Of a stretch of 64,000 nucleotides of DNA, positions 55,471 to 64,000 are shown piece by piece. Source of the DNA: Halorarum halobium (GTDB taxonomy: Archaea; Halobacteriota; Halobacteria; Halobacteriales; Haloferacaceae). The notes beneath the pieces are model-generated. The model saw only the letters and a list, made by a program, of their open reading frames with translations, did no database searches and was not told the DNA's origin. Position numbers and translations under genes: made by a program. Numbering within the stretch: the stretch's first letter is position 1; every line of letters starts with the position of its first letter. The stretch covers positions 1,054,001-1,118,000 of the forward strand of contig NZ_CP134949.1 of the NCBI RefSeq assembly GCF_032116555.1, in the 5' to 3' direction.

Positions 55471-56781
55471 TCACGCGAACGGGCTGTCGCCGCCCGTGTG
55501 GCCGATGCCGTCGCCGGCCGGGACGTCCGCGCCGCAGGCGTCGTCGGGGTCGCCGTGGGTCTCGCCGTCGTACTCGTTGCCACAGACGATCCGCTGGTCG
55601 GCCTGTCCCTGGCCGTCGGAGCGGTACGGGAGGCTGAGCGCGAGCCCGTCGTTCCCAGTCAGCCGGTTGCCGTAGATCGCGTTGTTCGAGCCGCCGGCCG
55701 CGGCGGCCGGCGGCGGGTCCTCGGACGCCGCGGCGTCACAGTCGATCTCGATCCCCGCCTGCGCGCCGTCGGCGAGGACGTTCCACCGGACGGTGACGTC
55801 CGTTCCCGCGATGACGACCGCGCCGCCCGTCGTGTCGTCGGCGATCACCTCGTTCGAGCCGCCCGCGTCGGTGCAGTACTCGATCGTGACGTCCGAGAGC
55901 CCCGGCTTGCAGTCGACGAGTTCGGCGTGCGGGATGCCGGCGCTGTTGTCGATGTGGTGGACGTGGATGTCGTGGGACTGCTCGGGCGGGTAGCCGTCGC
56001 CCGGCCACGAGATGCCGAGGTAGACGATCTCCGAGTTGTGACCCGTCTCGTCGCCCTTCAGGAACTTCGCGCCGGCGACGCCGAACGTCTCGAACTCGCC
56101 GATCTCCACGTCGTTCGCGTACTGGTGTTTGATCAGGTCGGCCCGGCAGTTGCCGATCCGGTCGGGTTTGACGACGACGTCCCTCAGGTACGCCGAGTCG
56201 TCCATCCGCTCGGGCGGGTTCTCGACGTCGGTGGCGAGGTTCTCCGCCCGGGGGTTGATGGCGATGAGCCGCTCGACGTACGACTCGGGATCGTCGGGCC
56301 GGTCCGGGGTGTGCAGGCCGTCGAACGTCAGCCCGCGGAGGTGGACGTGGCTGTGGTTGATCAGGAACGCCTCCCCGCGCTCGGGGGCGAACACGGCGTC
56401 CGGGGGACCGGTGACGGTGATCGGCGCGTCCGGTTCGCCGGCCCCTCTCGTCTCGACGTTTCCGGAATGCCGCCCGGGGCGGACCCGGATCGTGTCGCCC
56501 GGTTCGGCCGCCCGGAGCGCGTACTGGATCGTCGCGACCGGGTCGTCCGCGGCGCCGGACCCGTAGTTGCTCCCCGCCTCGGCGTCGACGAAGATGGCGT
56601 TCGGCTGCTCCCGTGGGGTCGCGGTCGGCTCCGGTTCCCCGGTCGACGTCGGACTCGTCGTCCGGGACCGGGTCGGTTCGGTCTCGCTCGGTTCGGCCGT
56701 TCCGGACCCGCCATCGCCCGCACAGCCGGCCGAACCGGCCGTCCCGAGCGCCGCGAGTTCGAGGAATCGGCGTCGGTCCAT
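55471..56781 (-). CDS. Tat lipoprotein with parallel beta-helix (pectin-lyase-like) domain
   Basis: MDRRRFL + lipobox SAGC; G....P..TIQ.AL..AEPGDTI.V.PG; E.VYLG; D.K. Confidence 0.8.
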   Translation of the reverse strand: MDRRRFLELAALGTAGSAGCAGDGGSGTAEPSETEPTRSRTTSPTSTGEPEPTATPREQPNAIFVDAEAGSNYGSGAADDPVATIQYALRAAEPGDTIRVRPGRHSGNVETRGAGEPDAPITVTGPPDAVFAPERGEAFLINHSHVHLRGLTFDGLHTPDRPDDPESYVERLIAINPRAENLATDVENPPERMDDSAYLRDVVVKPDRIGNCRADLIKHQYANDVEIGEFETFGVAGAKFLKGDETGHNSEIVYLGISWPGDGYPPEQSHDIHVHHIDNSAGIPHAELVDCKPGLSDVTIEYCTDAGGSNEVIADDTTGGAVVIAGTDVTVRWNVLADGAQAGIEIDCDAAASEDPPPAAAAGGSNNAIYGNRLTGNDGLALSLPYRSDGQGQADQRIVCGNEYDGETHGDPDDACGADVPAGDGIGHTGGDSPFA

Positions 56782-56837
56782 GGGCGGACGATACTACGGG
56801 TTGACAAAAATCGCACGGTGCCGGCGACTCCCGAGCG

Positions 56838-57470
56838 TCACTGTCCGTCAGGGTCGGCGTCGGCGAGCAGGGCGTCGATGACCGCGTCGAGGTCGCCGGG
56901 CCGGACGCCCCCGGTTCCCGCGTCATCTGGTTCGTCCCGTTCGGCTTCGTCGTCCGTGGGTTCGCTCTCGTCTGCTTCGCGCTCGCCGGCATCGTCGCCC
57001 AGGGACTCGCCGTCGCCGCCGTCGGCCCCGACACGCTCGGCGTACCACCGGAGTGCGGTGGCGAGCACCTCCGCCGGGTCCCCGCCCGCAACCTGGATGC
57101 TCGCCGTCCCGTCGTCGGCCTTCCCGGCGAGCGCGAGGCCGTACGGCGCGCTCAGCGCGTCGAGTTCGGCCGCGAGGGCGTCGAGGTGCGGGCGGTCGTC
57201 GTCGGGAACGTCGGGTGACCCCGCCTCGTCGCTCTCCCCGGCCGTTTCAGCGTCGCTCCCGTCGTCGTCCCGGTCGTCGGCCGGCGGGTCGTCGACCGCG
57301 GCCCCGCCGTCCTCGGTGGAGATGACGTACCGTCCGTCACCCTGCTCGGACACGCCGTCGTGCTCGCGGATGTCGAGTTCGTCCGGGTCGAGGACCCCGT
57401 CCCTCTCCGCCGGTTCCGACGTCGACTCGTCGGTCCAGTCGCTCACGGCGAGCGCTCGGATCCCATCCAT
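56838..57470 (-). CDS. Very acidic hypothetical protein
   Basis: GVL.P.ELD, DGRYVIS, LRWYA, V...LL motifs seen in haloarchaeal hypotheticals; start uncertain. Confidence 0.6.
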   Translation of the reverse strand: MDGIRALAVSDWTDESTSEPAERDGVLDPDELDIREHDGVSEQGDGRYVISTEDGGAAVDDPPADDRDDDGSDAETAGESDEAGSPDVPDDDRPHLDALAAELDALSAPYGLALAGKADDGTASIQVAGGDPAEVLATALRWYAERVGADGGDGESLGDDAGEREADESEPTDDEAERDEPDDAGTGGVRPGDLDAVIDALLADADPDGQ

Positions 57471-57640
57471 CTTAGTTCCTCACCCCAGGCTATCAGCGTT
57501 GAGAGCGACCGCGAGGCTCCCGGCTCGGTCGGCTCATCGGTCGTACTCCGGTCGGTCGTCGCGGCAGTCGCCCGCGGGCCCGCGTACAGCCAACACTGCG
57601 ACACCACGGTTTTCATATGCGCCGGGCCGGTTCTCCCGGT

Positions 57641-60600
57641 ATGGACGACAGCGACGTCTCGGACCAGTACGCGCCGGGGGCGGTCGAGGACGCCGTCACG
57701 GAGCGCTGGGACGAGGAGGACGCCTACGAGGCGGCCACGGCCGCACACGCCGACGACCCGGCGTTCTTCTTCGTGGACGGCCCGCCGTACACGACCGGAC
57801 AGATGCACCTCGGCACGGCCTGGAACAAGACGCTGAAGGACACCGTCATCCGGCACAAGCGGATGACCGGCCACGACGTCACCGACCGGCCGGGCTACGA
57901 CATGCACGGGCTCCCCATCGAGACGAAGGTGGAGCAGGAGCTCGGCTTCGACACGAAGCGTGACATCGAGGAGTTCGGCATGGAGAACTTCATCGAGGAG
58001 TGCCGCGAGTTCGCCGAGCGCAACCGCGAGAACATGGACGAGGACTTCCAGTCCATCGGCGCGTGGATGGACTGGGACGACCCGTACAAGACCATCTCGC
58101 CCGAGTACATGGAGGCGGCCTGGTGGGCGCTCTCGCGGGTCCACGACCGCGGGCTCGTCGAACGGGGCAAGCGCGCCATCTCGCAGTGTCCCCGCTGTGA
58201 GACGGCCATCGCCAACAACGAGGTCGAGTACGAGGAGATCGAGTCGCCATCGATCTACGTGAAGTTCCCCCTGCGCGAGCGTGAGGGGAGCCTCGTCATC
58301 TGGACGACGACGCCCTGGACCATCCCGGCGAACGCGTTCGTCGCGGTCGGCTCCGACCTCACGTACCAGGAGGTCAGGGCGACGAAGGACGGCGAGACGG
58401 AGACGCTGTTCCTCGCCGAATCGACCGTCGAGGACGCGCTCGGCCGCGGCCGCTACGACGACTACGAGGTCGTCGCCGAGTACGGCGGCGAGGACCTCGT
58501 CGGCTGGACGTACGAGCACCCGCTGGCCGAGGAAGTCCCCGACCACGCCGACTTCGAGGGCGCGGGCGAGGTGTACACCGCCGACTACGTCGAGGCCGAC
58601 CGCACCGGCCTCGTCCACTCCGCGCCCGGCCACGGCCAGGAGGACTTCGAGCGCGGGCAGGAACTCGGCCTGGAGACGTTCTGCCCGGTCGGCGGCGACG
58701 GCACGTTCACCGACGAGGGGGGGAACTACGCCGGCCAGTTCGTCCGGGACGCCAACGACGACATCACCGCCGACCTGGACGCGAAGGGCCTGCTGCTCGC
58801 GAACGAGACCCACACCCACAGCTACGGCCACTGCTGGCGCTGTGACACGCCGATCGTGTTCCTGGCGACCGACCAGTGGTTCATCCGCATCACCGAGGTG
58901 AAGGAGGAACTGCTGGCGAACATCGACGACAGCGAGTGGCACCCCCACTCCGCCCGGGAAGGTCGCTTCCGCAACTTCGTCGAGGAGGCGCCCGACTGGA
59001 ACATCTCCCGGCAGCGTTACTGGGGCATCCCGCTTCCCATCTGGGTGCCCGAGGGCGAGGAGAACCCGAACATGGACGACCTGCTCGTCGTCGCCACGCG
59101 CGAGGAACTCGCCGAGCGCGCGGACCAGGACGTCGACCCCGAGACCGTCGACCTCCACCGGCCGACCGTCGACGACCTCACCATCACCGAGGACGGCGTC
59201 ACCCACGAGCGCGTGCCGGACGTGTTCGACGTCTGGTTCGACTCCTCGGTCGCCACGCTGGGCACCATCGGCTACCCGTCGGATCAGGAGACGTTCGAGC
59301 GATTGTGGCCCGCCGACCTCATCATCGAGGCCCACGACCAGACGCGCGGCTGGTTCTGGTCACAGCTCGGCATGGGCACCGCCGCGCTCGGCGAGTCCCC
59401 CTACGACGAGGTGCTGATGCACGGGTTCACGACGCTGGGGGACGGGACGAAGATGAGCAAGTCGCGGGGCAACATCGTCACCCCGGAGGAGGCGATCGAG
59501 GAGGTCGGGCGCGACCCGCTCCGGTGTTACCTGCTGGGTCACGAGCAGCAGGGTCAGGACCTCGCGTTCGAGTGGGACGGCCTGCACGCGATGCAGTCGA
59601 CGCTCAACATCCTCTGGAACGTGTTCCGCTTCCCGCTGCCGTACATGCGTCTGGACGGGTACGACCCCGCCGACCCCGACCTGGACGACGGCGACCTGAC
59701 CGTCGTGGACGAGTGGGTCCTGAGCCGGCTCCAGACCACGAAGGCCGAGATGGCCGACGCCTGGGACGACTACGAGGTGGACGACGCGCTGAACGCGCTG
59801 CTCTCGTTCGTCACCGAGGACGTCTCGCGCTTCTACGTGAAAGCCATCCGCGAGCGGATGTGGGAGGACGAGGACTCCGCGAGCAAGCGCGGCGCGTACG
59901 CCACGATGGCGACGCTGCTCGACGAGACGACGCGCCTGCTCGCGCCGTTCGCGCCGTATCTCACCGAGCGGATGTATCAGCACCTCGATGGGGGGAAGAC
60001 GACGGTCCACCAGCTGGACTCCCCCGAGGCGGACGAGACGCTGCGGGACCCCGACCTGGAACGCGACATGGCGGTCCTCCGCGACGTGGAGGAGGCGGCC
60101 GCGAACGCCCGCCAGCGCGCCGAGCGCAAACTGCGCTGGCCGGTCACCCGCGTCGTCGTCGAGAGCGCCGACGGCGACGTCCGCGGGTCGGTCGAGACGC
60201 TCCGCGACCTGCTCGCCGAGCGCGTGAACGCCCGGACGGTCGACGTGACCGACTCCTACGGCGAACTCGTCGAGGTCGCCGAGCCCGAGATGTCGAAACT
60301 CGGCCCCGCGTTCGGCGGCGACGCCCAGGGGATCATGGACGCCATCAGTGGCAGCGTCCGCGCGGACCTCGAGGCGGGCGACGGCCTCTCGGTCGCGGTC
60401 GAGGGCGAGACGTACGAGCTCGACCCCGAGATGGTCAGCTTCCACTCGCAGGCACCCGAGGGCGTGGTGAGCGCCGAGTTCGACGGAGGGACCGTCTACG
60501 TCGACACGGAGCTCACGGAGGCCATCGAGTCGGAGGGGTACGCCCGCGACGTCGTGCGACGGATCCAGGAGATGCGCAAGGACCTCGACCTCGACGTCGA

Positions 60601-60835
60601 CGAGCCGATCCGCGTCTCGCTCGACGTCGCCGACGACCGCGTCGCCGGCTTCGTGGACGAGCACCGCGAGTACGTCGCCGAGGAGACGCGGACCGCGGAG
60701 TTCGTGGACGGCGTCGCGGAGCGACGCGAAACGGCCGTCGCCGGGGAGTTCGACCTCGTCGAGGAGTGGACCGTCGAGGGCGTCGCCGTCACCATCGGCG
60801 TCGCCCGCGTCGCCGCCGAGCAGCAGGCGGACTGA
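57641..60835 (+). CDS. ileS: Isoleucine--tRNA ligase
   Basis: DGPPY.TG..HLG (HIGH-like), IWTTTPWT.P.N, TGLVH.AP.HG..D, WNISRQRYWG, DQTRGWF, KMSKS. Confidence 0.97.
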   Translation: MDDSDVSDQYAPGAVEDAVTERWDEEDAYEAATAAHADDPAFFFVDGPPYTTGQMHLGTAWNKTLKDTVIRHKRMTGHDVTDRPGYDMHGLPIETKVEQELGFDTKRDIEEFGMENFIEECREFAERNRENMDEDFQSIGAWMDWDDPYKTISPEYMEAAWWALSRVHDRGLVERGKRAISQCPRCETAIANNEVEYEEIESPSIYVKFPLREREGSLVIWTTTPWTIPANAFVAVGSDLTYQEVRATKDGETETLFLAESTVEDALGRGRYDDYEVVAEYGGEDLVGWTYEHPLAEEVPDHADFEGAGEVYTADYVEADRTGLVHSAPGHGQEDFERGQELGLETFCPVGGDGTFTDEGGNYAGQFVRDANDDITADLDAKGLLLANETHTHSYGHCWRCDTPIVFLATDQWFIRITEVKEELLANIDDSEWHPHSAREGRFRNFVEEAPDWNISRQRYWGIPLPIWVPEGEENPNMDDLLVVATREELAERADQDVDPETVDLHRPTVDDLTITEDGVTHERVPDVFDVWFDSSVATLGTIGYPSDQETFERLWPADLIIEAHDQTRGWFWSQLGMGTAALGESPYDEVLMHGFTTLGDGTKMSKSRGNIVTPEEAIEEVGRDPLRCYLLGHEQQGQDLAFEWDGLHAMQSTLNILWNVFRFPLPYMRLDGYDPADPDLDDGDLTVVDEWVLSRLQTTKAEMADAWDDYEVDDALNALLSFVTEDVSRFYVKAIRERMWEDEDSASKRGAYATMATLLDETTRLLAPFAPYLTERMYQHLDGGKTTVHQLDSPEADETLRDPDLERDMAVLRDVEEAAANARQRAERKLRWPVTRVVVESADGDVRGSVETLRDLLAERVNARTVDVTDSYGELVEVAEPEMSKLGPAFGGDAQGIMDAISGSVRADLEAGDGLSVAVEGETYELDPEMVSFHSQAPEGVVSAEFDGGTVYVDTELTEAIESEGYARDVVRRIQEMRKDLDLDVDEPIRVSLDVADDRVAGFVDEHREYVAEETRTAEFVDGVAERRETAVAGEFDLVEEWTVEGVAVTIGVARVAAEQQAD

Positions 60836-60921
60836 CCGCCGGCTCTCCCCGGCGACCGTCCCACCCCCCGTCAGTACCGGACTCTGGGTCGTCCCCTCCC
60901 TTGCAACGGTCGACCGCCGAG

Positions 60922-61131
60922 TCAGGAGCGCAGCGAGACGACGAGGAACGAGAGCGACGTCAGGACCGCGGTCGTGACCCACACGGCATCGATCTCGGAA
61001 CGGAGGAGGTGGGAGACGAACAGTCCGCCGAGCAGGGAGCCGAACGGGGCGACGACGATCGGCAGACACACCGCGACGACGGGGTCGACCTCGGAGAGGC
61101 TCAGTCGCTCGGAACCGGGAACGGTGGTCAT
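60922..61131 (-). CDS. Small two-TM membrane protein
   Basis: MTTVPGSERLSLSEVDPVVAVCLPIVVAPFGSLLGG...WVTTAVLTSLSFLVVSLRS. Confidence 0.45.
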   Translation of the reverse strand: MTTVPGSERLSLSEVDPVVAVCLPIVVAPFGSLLGGLFVSHLLRSEIDAVWVTTAVLTSLSFLVVSLRS

Positions 61132-61184
61132 GGCCGCCGATGTGCTCGCCGCCATGAAATCGGTTCCGGACCGTCCCTGCCGTC

Positions 61185-61937
61185 TCACTCCGCGGACGCG
61201 GACGGCGACCCGACGAGGTAGCAGTACCACGAACCGCCGCGGCTCACCTCGCCGCTGGCGATCACCTCGAACCCCTCGTCCGCCAGCACCGCCTCCCAGT
61301 AGCCGATCACGTCGTCCGTCCGCTCGTGGGTCACGTGAGGCTCCAGCAGGCCGATCTGGCCGCCGTCGGCTAGCACTCGCCGGGCCTCCCGGAGCGACGC
61401 CACGGCGTCCGGGCGCGGGAGGTCGTGCAGGAGCAGACACGCGGTCACGACGTCCTGAGAGCCGCTCCGGACCGGGAGCCGCGTCGCGTCGCCCGCGACG
61501 GCCGCCGCGTTCAACCCCACAGTCGCCGCGTTCCGCCGGGCGTACCGCGCCCCGTTGCCGAGGATGATCCGCGCGTCGAACGTGTCGAGCGCCGTGACCC
61601 GGGTGTCGTTCACGGGCTCGGCGTCCGACCCGACGTCGTCCCCGGCGAGCGCCACGAGCGAGCGCCCCGTCCCGCAGCCGACGTCGAGCCATCGGTCGGC
61701 CCCGTCGAGGTCGAGCGCGTGTCGGAGCGGCACGTACGGCCAGCGCTCGGACTGCCACGGTGCCGGGACGAGCAGCCGCTTCAGCGCCGACTGGCCGTAC
61801 CAGAGCCCCGCGAACACCAGCGCGAGTCCGGCCACGTAGGCCGGGCCGGTGGCGACGACGGTGCCCAGCGCCAGGCCGGCAACCGCGACGGTCACACCGA
61901 TGCCGATGCGGCGGAAGCGACGCCGCCAGTGGTACAC
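61185..61937 (-). CDS. Membrane-anchored class I SAM-dependent methyltransferase
   Basis: Two N-terminal TMs; WLDVGCGTGR, GDATRLP, DVV....LLHD, EARRVL..GG. Confidence 0.85.
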   Translation of the reverse strand: MYHWRRRFRRIGIGVTVAVAGLALGTVVATGPAYVAGLALVFAGLWYGQSALKRLLVPAPWQSERWPYVPLRHALDLDGADRWLDVGCGTGRSLVALAGDDVGSDAEPVNDTRVTALDTFDARIILGNGARYARRNAATVGLNAAAVAGDATRLPVRSGSQDVVTACLLLHDLPRPDAVASLREARRVLADGGQIGLLEPHVTHERTDDVIGYWEAVLADEGFEVIASGEVSRGGSWYCYLVGSPSASAE

Positions 61938-62023
61938 GCCGAACTAGTAGCGGAACACGGCTGACCGTCCCGTGCGTCCACCTTCGTTCCGTCGGTCACG
62001 GCCGGGTACCGGCGAGTTCCCGC

Positions 62024-63601
62024 TCACTCGTCCGCGTCCCGTGCCCAGTCGAGCGAGCGCTCGACCGCCTCGCCCCACCGCTCGTACCGGCTCCCCGTCG
62101 TCGCGCCGTCCTCGGGGTCGAACGTCCGGTCAACCCGCCGGTTCGCCCGGAGCGCGTCGAGGTCGTCCCAGTAGCCGACGGCGAGGCCGGCCGCGTAGGC
62201 CGCGCCGAGCGCGGTCGTCTCCCGCACGGCCGCGCGGACGACGTCCGCGCCGAGCACGTCCGCCTGCACCTCACAGAGGAAGTCGTTGTCCACCGCGCCG
62301 CCGTCGACCCGGAGCGCGTCGAGGTCGACGCCGGCGTCGGCCGCCATCGCGTCGGTCACGTCGCGGGTCAGGAACGCGATGGATTCGAGCGTCGCCCTGA
62401 CGACGTGCTCCCGGCGGGTGCCGCGCGTGAGCCCCATAATCGTGCCGCGGGCGCGCTGGTCCCAGTGGGGCGCGCCGAGCCCCGCGAACGCCGGCACGAC
62501 GTAGACGCCGTCGGGCGAGTCGACCGACCGCGCGAGCCGTTCCGTCTCGGCGGCGTCACCGACGAGCGAGACGTCCTCGAGCCACTCGACGGCCGCGCCG
62601 GTGACGAACATCGACCCCTCCAGCGCGTACTGGACCGGCTCGCCGGAACGCTGGAACGCGACCGTCGTGAGCAGGCCGTGCTCGCTCTCGATCGCCTCCG
62701 AACCGGTGTTCAACAGGACGAAGCTCCCGGTGCCGTAGGTGTTCTTCGCGTCGCCCGGGTCGAAGCAGGCCTGGCCGAACAGCGCCGCCTGCTGGTCGCC
62801 GAGCGCGCCGGCGACCGGGACCGACGCGCCGAGGAACCCGTCCGGGTCCGTGTGCCCGTAGCGGTCGGCGTCGCTGGAGGGTCGTACTTCGGGGAGACAG
62901 CCGCCGGGCACGTCGAACCGCGCGAGCAGGTCGTCGTCCCAGTCGCACTCGTGGACGTCGTACAGCATCGTCCGCGAGGCGTTAGTCACGTCGGTCACGT
63001 GCGCGCCGCCGCCGGTGAGGTTGTAGACGAGCCACGAGTCCACGGTCCCGAACAGTACCTCGCCCGCGGCGGCGCGGGCGCGGAGGGTCCCCTCGTCGTT
63101 CGTGTCGTCGCCGCCTCCGCCTGCATCGCCACCGTCACCCTCCGCCCCATCGCCGCTTGCGTTGTCGAGGAGCCACTCCAGTTTCGTCGCCGAGAAGTAG
63201 GCGTCGGGGTTCAGCCCCGTCTTCGCCCGGATCTCCGCCCCCGTCCCGTCGGCGTCCAGTTCCTCGACGCGCTCGGTGGTGCGGCGGTCCTGCCAGACGA
63301 TCGCCCGGTGGACCGGCTCCCCCGTCGCCGCGTCCCACAGCACCGTCGTCTCGCGCTGGTTCGTCACCCCGATTGCGGCGAGGTCGGCGGCGTCGATGCC
63401 GGCCTCCTCGAGCGCTCCGGCGACGACGAGCTTCGTGTTCGCCCAGAGCTCCGTCGCGTCGTGTTCGACCCAGCCGGGTTCGGGGTAGTGCTGCTCGTGG
63501 GTCTCGTAGGCGGTCGCGCGGGCCCGACCGGCGTGGTCGAACACGACGAACCGGGTCCCGGTCGTCCCCTGGTCGATCGCGCCGACGTATTCCTCGGACA
63601 T
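62024..63601 (-). CDS. glpK: Glycerol kinase
   Basis: [72 protein letters not shown] at 63601. Confidence 0.96.
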   Translation of the reverse strand: MSEEYVGAIDQGTTGTRFVVFDHAGRARATAYETHEQHYPEPGWVEHDATELWANTKLVVAGALEEAGIDAADLAAIGVTNQRETTVLWDAATGEPVHRAIVWQDRRTTERVEELDADGTGAEIRAKTGLNPDAYFSATKLEWLLDNASGDGAEGDGGDAGGGGDDTNDEGTLRARAAAGEVLFGTVDSWLVYNLTGGGAHVTDVTNASRTMLYDVHECDWDDDLLARFDVPGGCLPEVRPSSDADRYGHTDPDGFLGASVPVAGALGDQQAALFGQACFDPGDAKNTYGTGSFVLLNTGSEAIESEHGLLTTVAFQRSGEPVQYALEGSMFVTGAAVEWLEDVSLVGDAAETERLARSVDSPDGVYVVPAFAGLGAPHWDQRARGTIMGLTRGTRREHVVRATLESIAFLTRDVTDAMAADAGVDLDALRVDGGAVDNDFLCEVQADVLGADVVRAAVRETTALGAAYAAGLAVGYWDDLDALRANRRVDRTFDPEDGATTGSRYERWGEAVERSLDWARDADE

Positions 63602-63756
63602 TGGTTCCCGGCCGCGTCCGCCGAGCGGCGGCGTCCTCGCGCGTCGGCTCCGGCGGCTCGCGGTTTCCAGTACTGGCGACGGCCGGCGAGTTAAGTGTTG
63701 GTCGGGGGCGACCGGGACGCCGACACCGACAAGTCGCCGGCCCCGAACGAACCGGT

Positions 63757-64000
63757 ATGGAGACGGACGTGCTCGTCGTGGGCGGCGGGGCGACCGGCGT
63801 CGGCGTCGCGCGGGACCTGGCGATGCGCGGCGTCGACGTGACGCTCGCCGAGCGCGGCGGCCTCTCGGCCGGAACGACCGGGCGCTCACACGGGGTGCTC
63901 CACTCGGGCGCGCGCTACGCCGAGTCGGACCCCGACGGCGCGGCCGAGTGCATCGAGGAGAACCGGGTTCTGCGGCGGATCGCGGCCGACTGCGTCGCCG
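63757..64000 (+). CDS. glpA: Glycerol-3-phosphate dehydrogenase subunit A-like FAD oxidoreductase (truncated by window end)
   Basis: [25 protein letters not shown]...[18 protein letters not shown]...A.ECIEEN; divergent from glpK. Confidence 0.88.
   Translation, partial: METDVLVVGGGATGVGVARDLAMRGVDVTLAERGGLSAGTTGRSHGVLHSGARYAESDPDGAAECIEENRVLRRIAADCVA

Noticed and set aside
45088..60835. Inteins in Lhr, Cdc48 or IleRS
   Set aside because: Protein lengths and motif spacing look normal; no intein splice-junction or LAGLIDADG blocks seen

Overview
High-GC haloarchaeal (class Halobacteria) chromosomal window, judged from acidic proteins, short or absent leaders and halophile-type families. Most of it is housekeeping or metabolic: pyrBI, thiC, gluconate dehydratase-like enolase, two divergent glutamate dehydrogenases, citE/maoC/acyl-CoA carboxyltransferase, fba-fbp, 3-hydroxyacyl-CoA dehydrogenase, mvaD, Lhr helicase, Cdc48, ileS, glpK and partial glpA. 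Accessory pieces include a MazEF-type toxin-antitoxin pair and a ~2950-aa surface protein with tandem beta-helix modules. Two candidate novel systems stand out. (1) The giant surface protein ends in a non-canonical PGGF-TM tail and is flanked by a divergent membrane-tethered HTH regulator and a convergent, unannotated-looking rhomboid-type protease, suggesting a rhombosortase-like or adhesin-release module. (2) A ~350-500 bp non-coding repeat (copies near 28.0-28.5 kb and 52.2-52.55 kb, fragments near 25.0 and 42.3 kb) has covarying stems, C-GNA-G triloops and tandem G.A pairs, which point to folding as single-stranded DNA; one copy has a head-to-head (BIME-like) arrangement. No rRNA, intact tRNA, CRISPR array or transposase was seen. 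All calls are by eye, without database searches.
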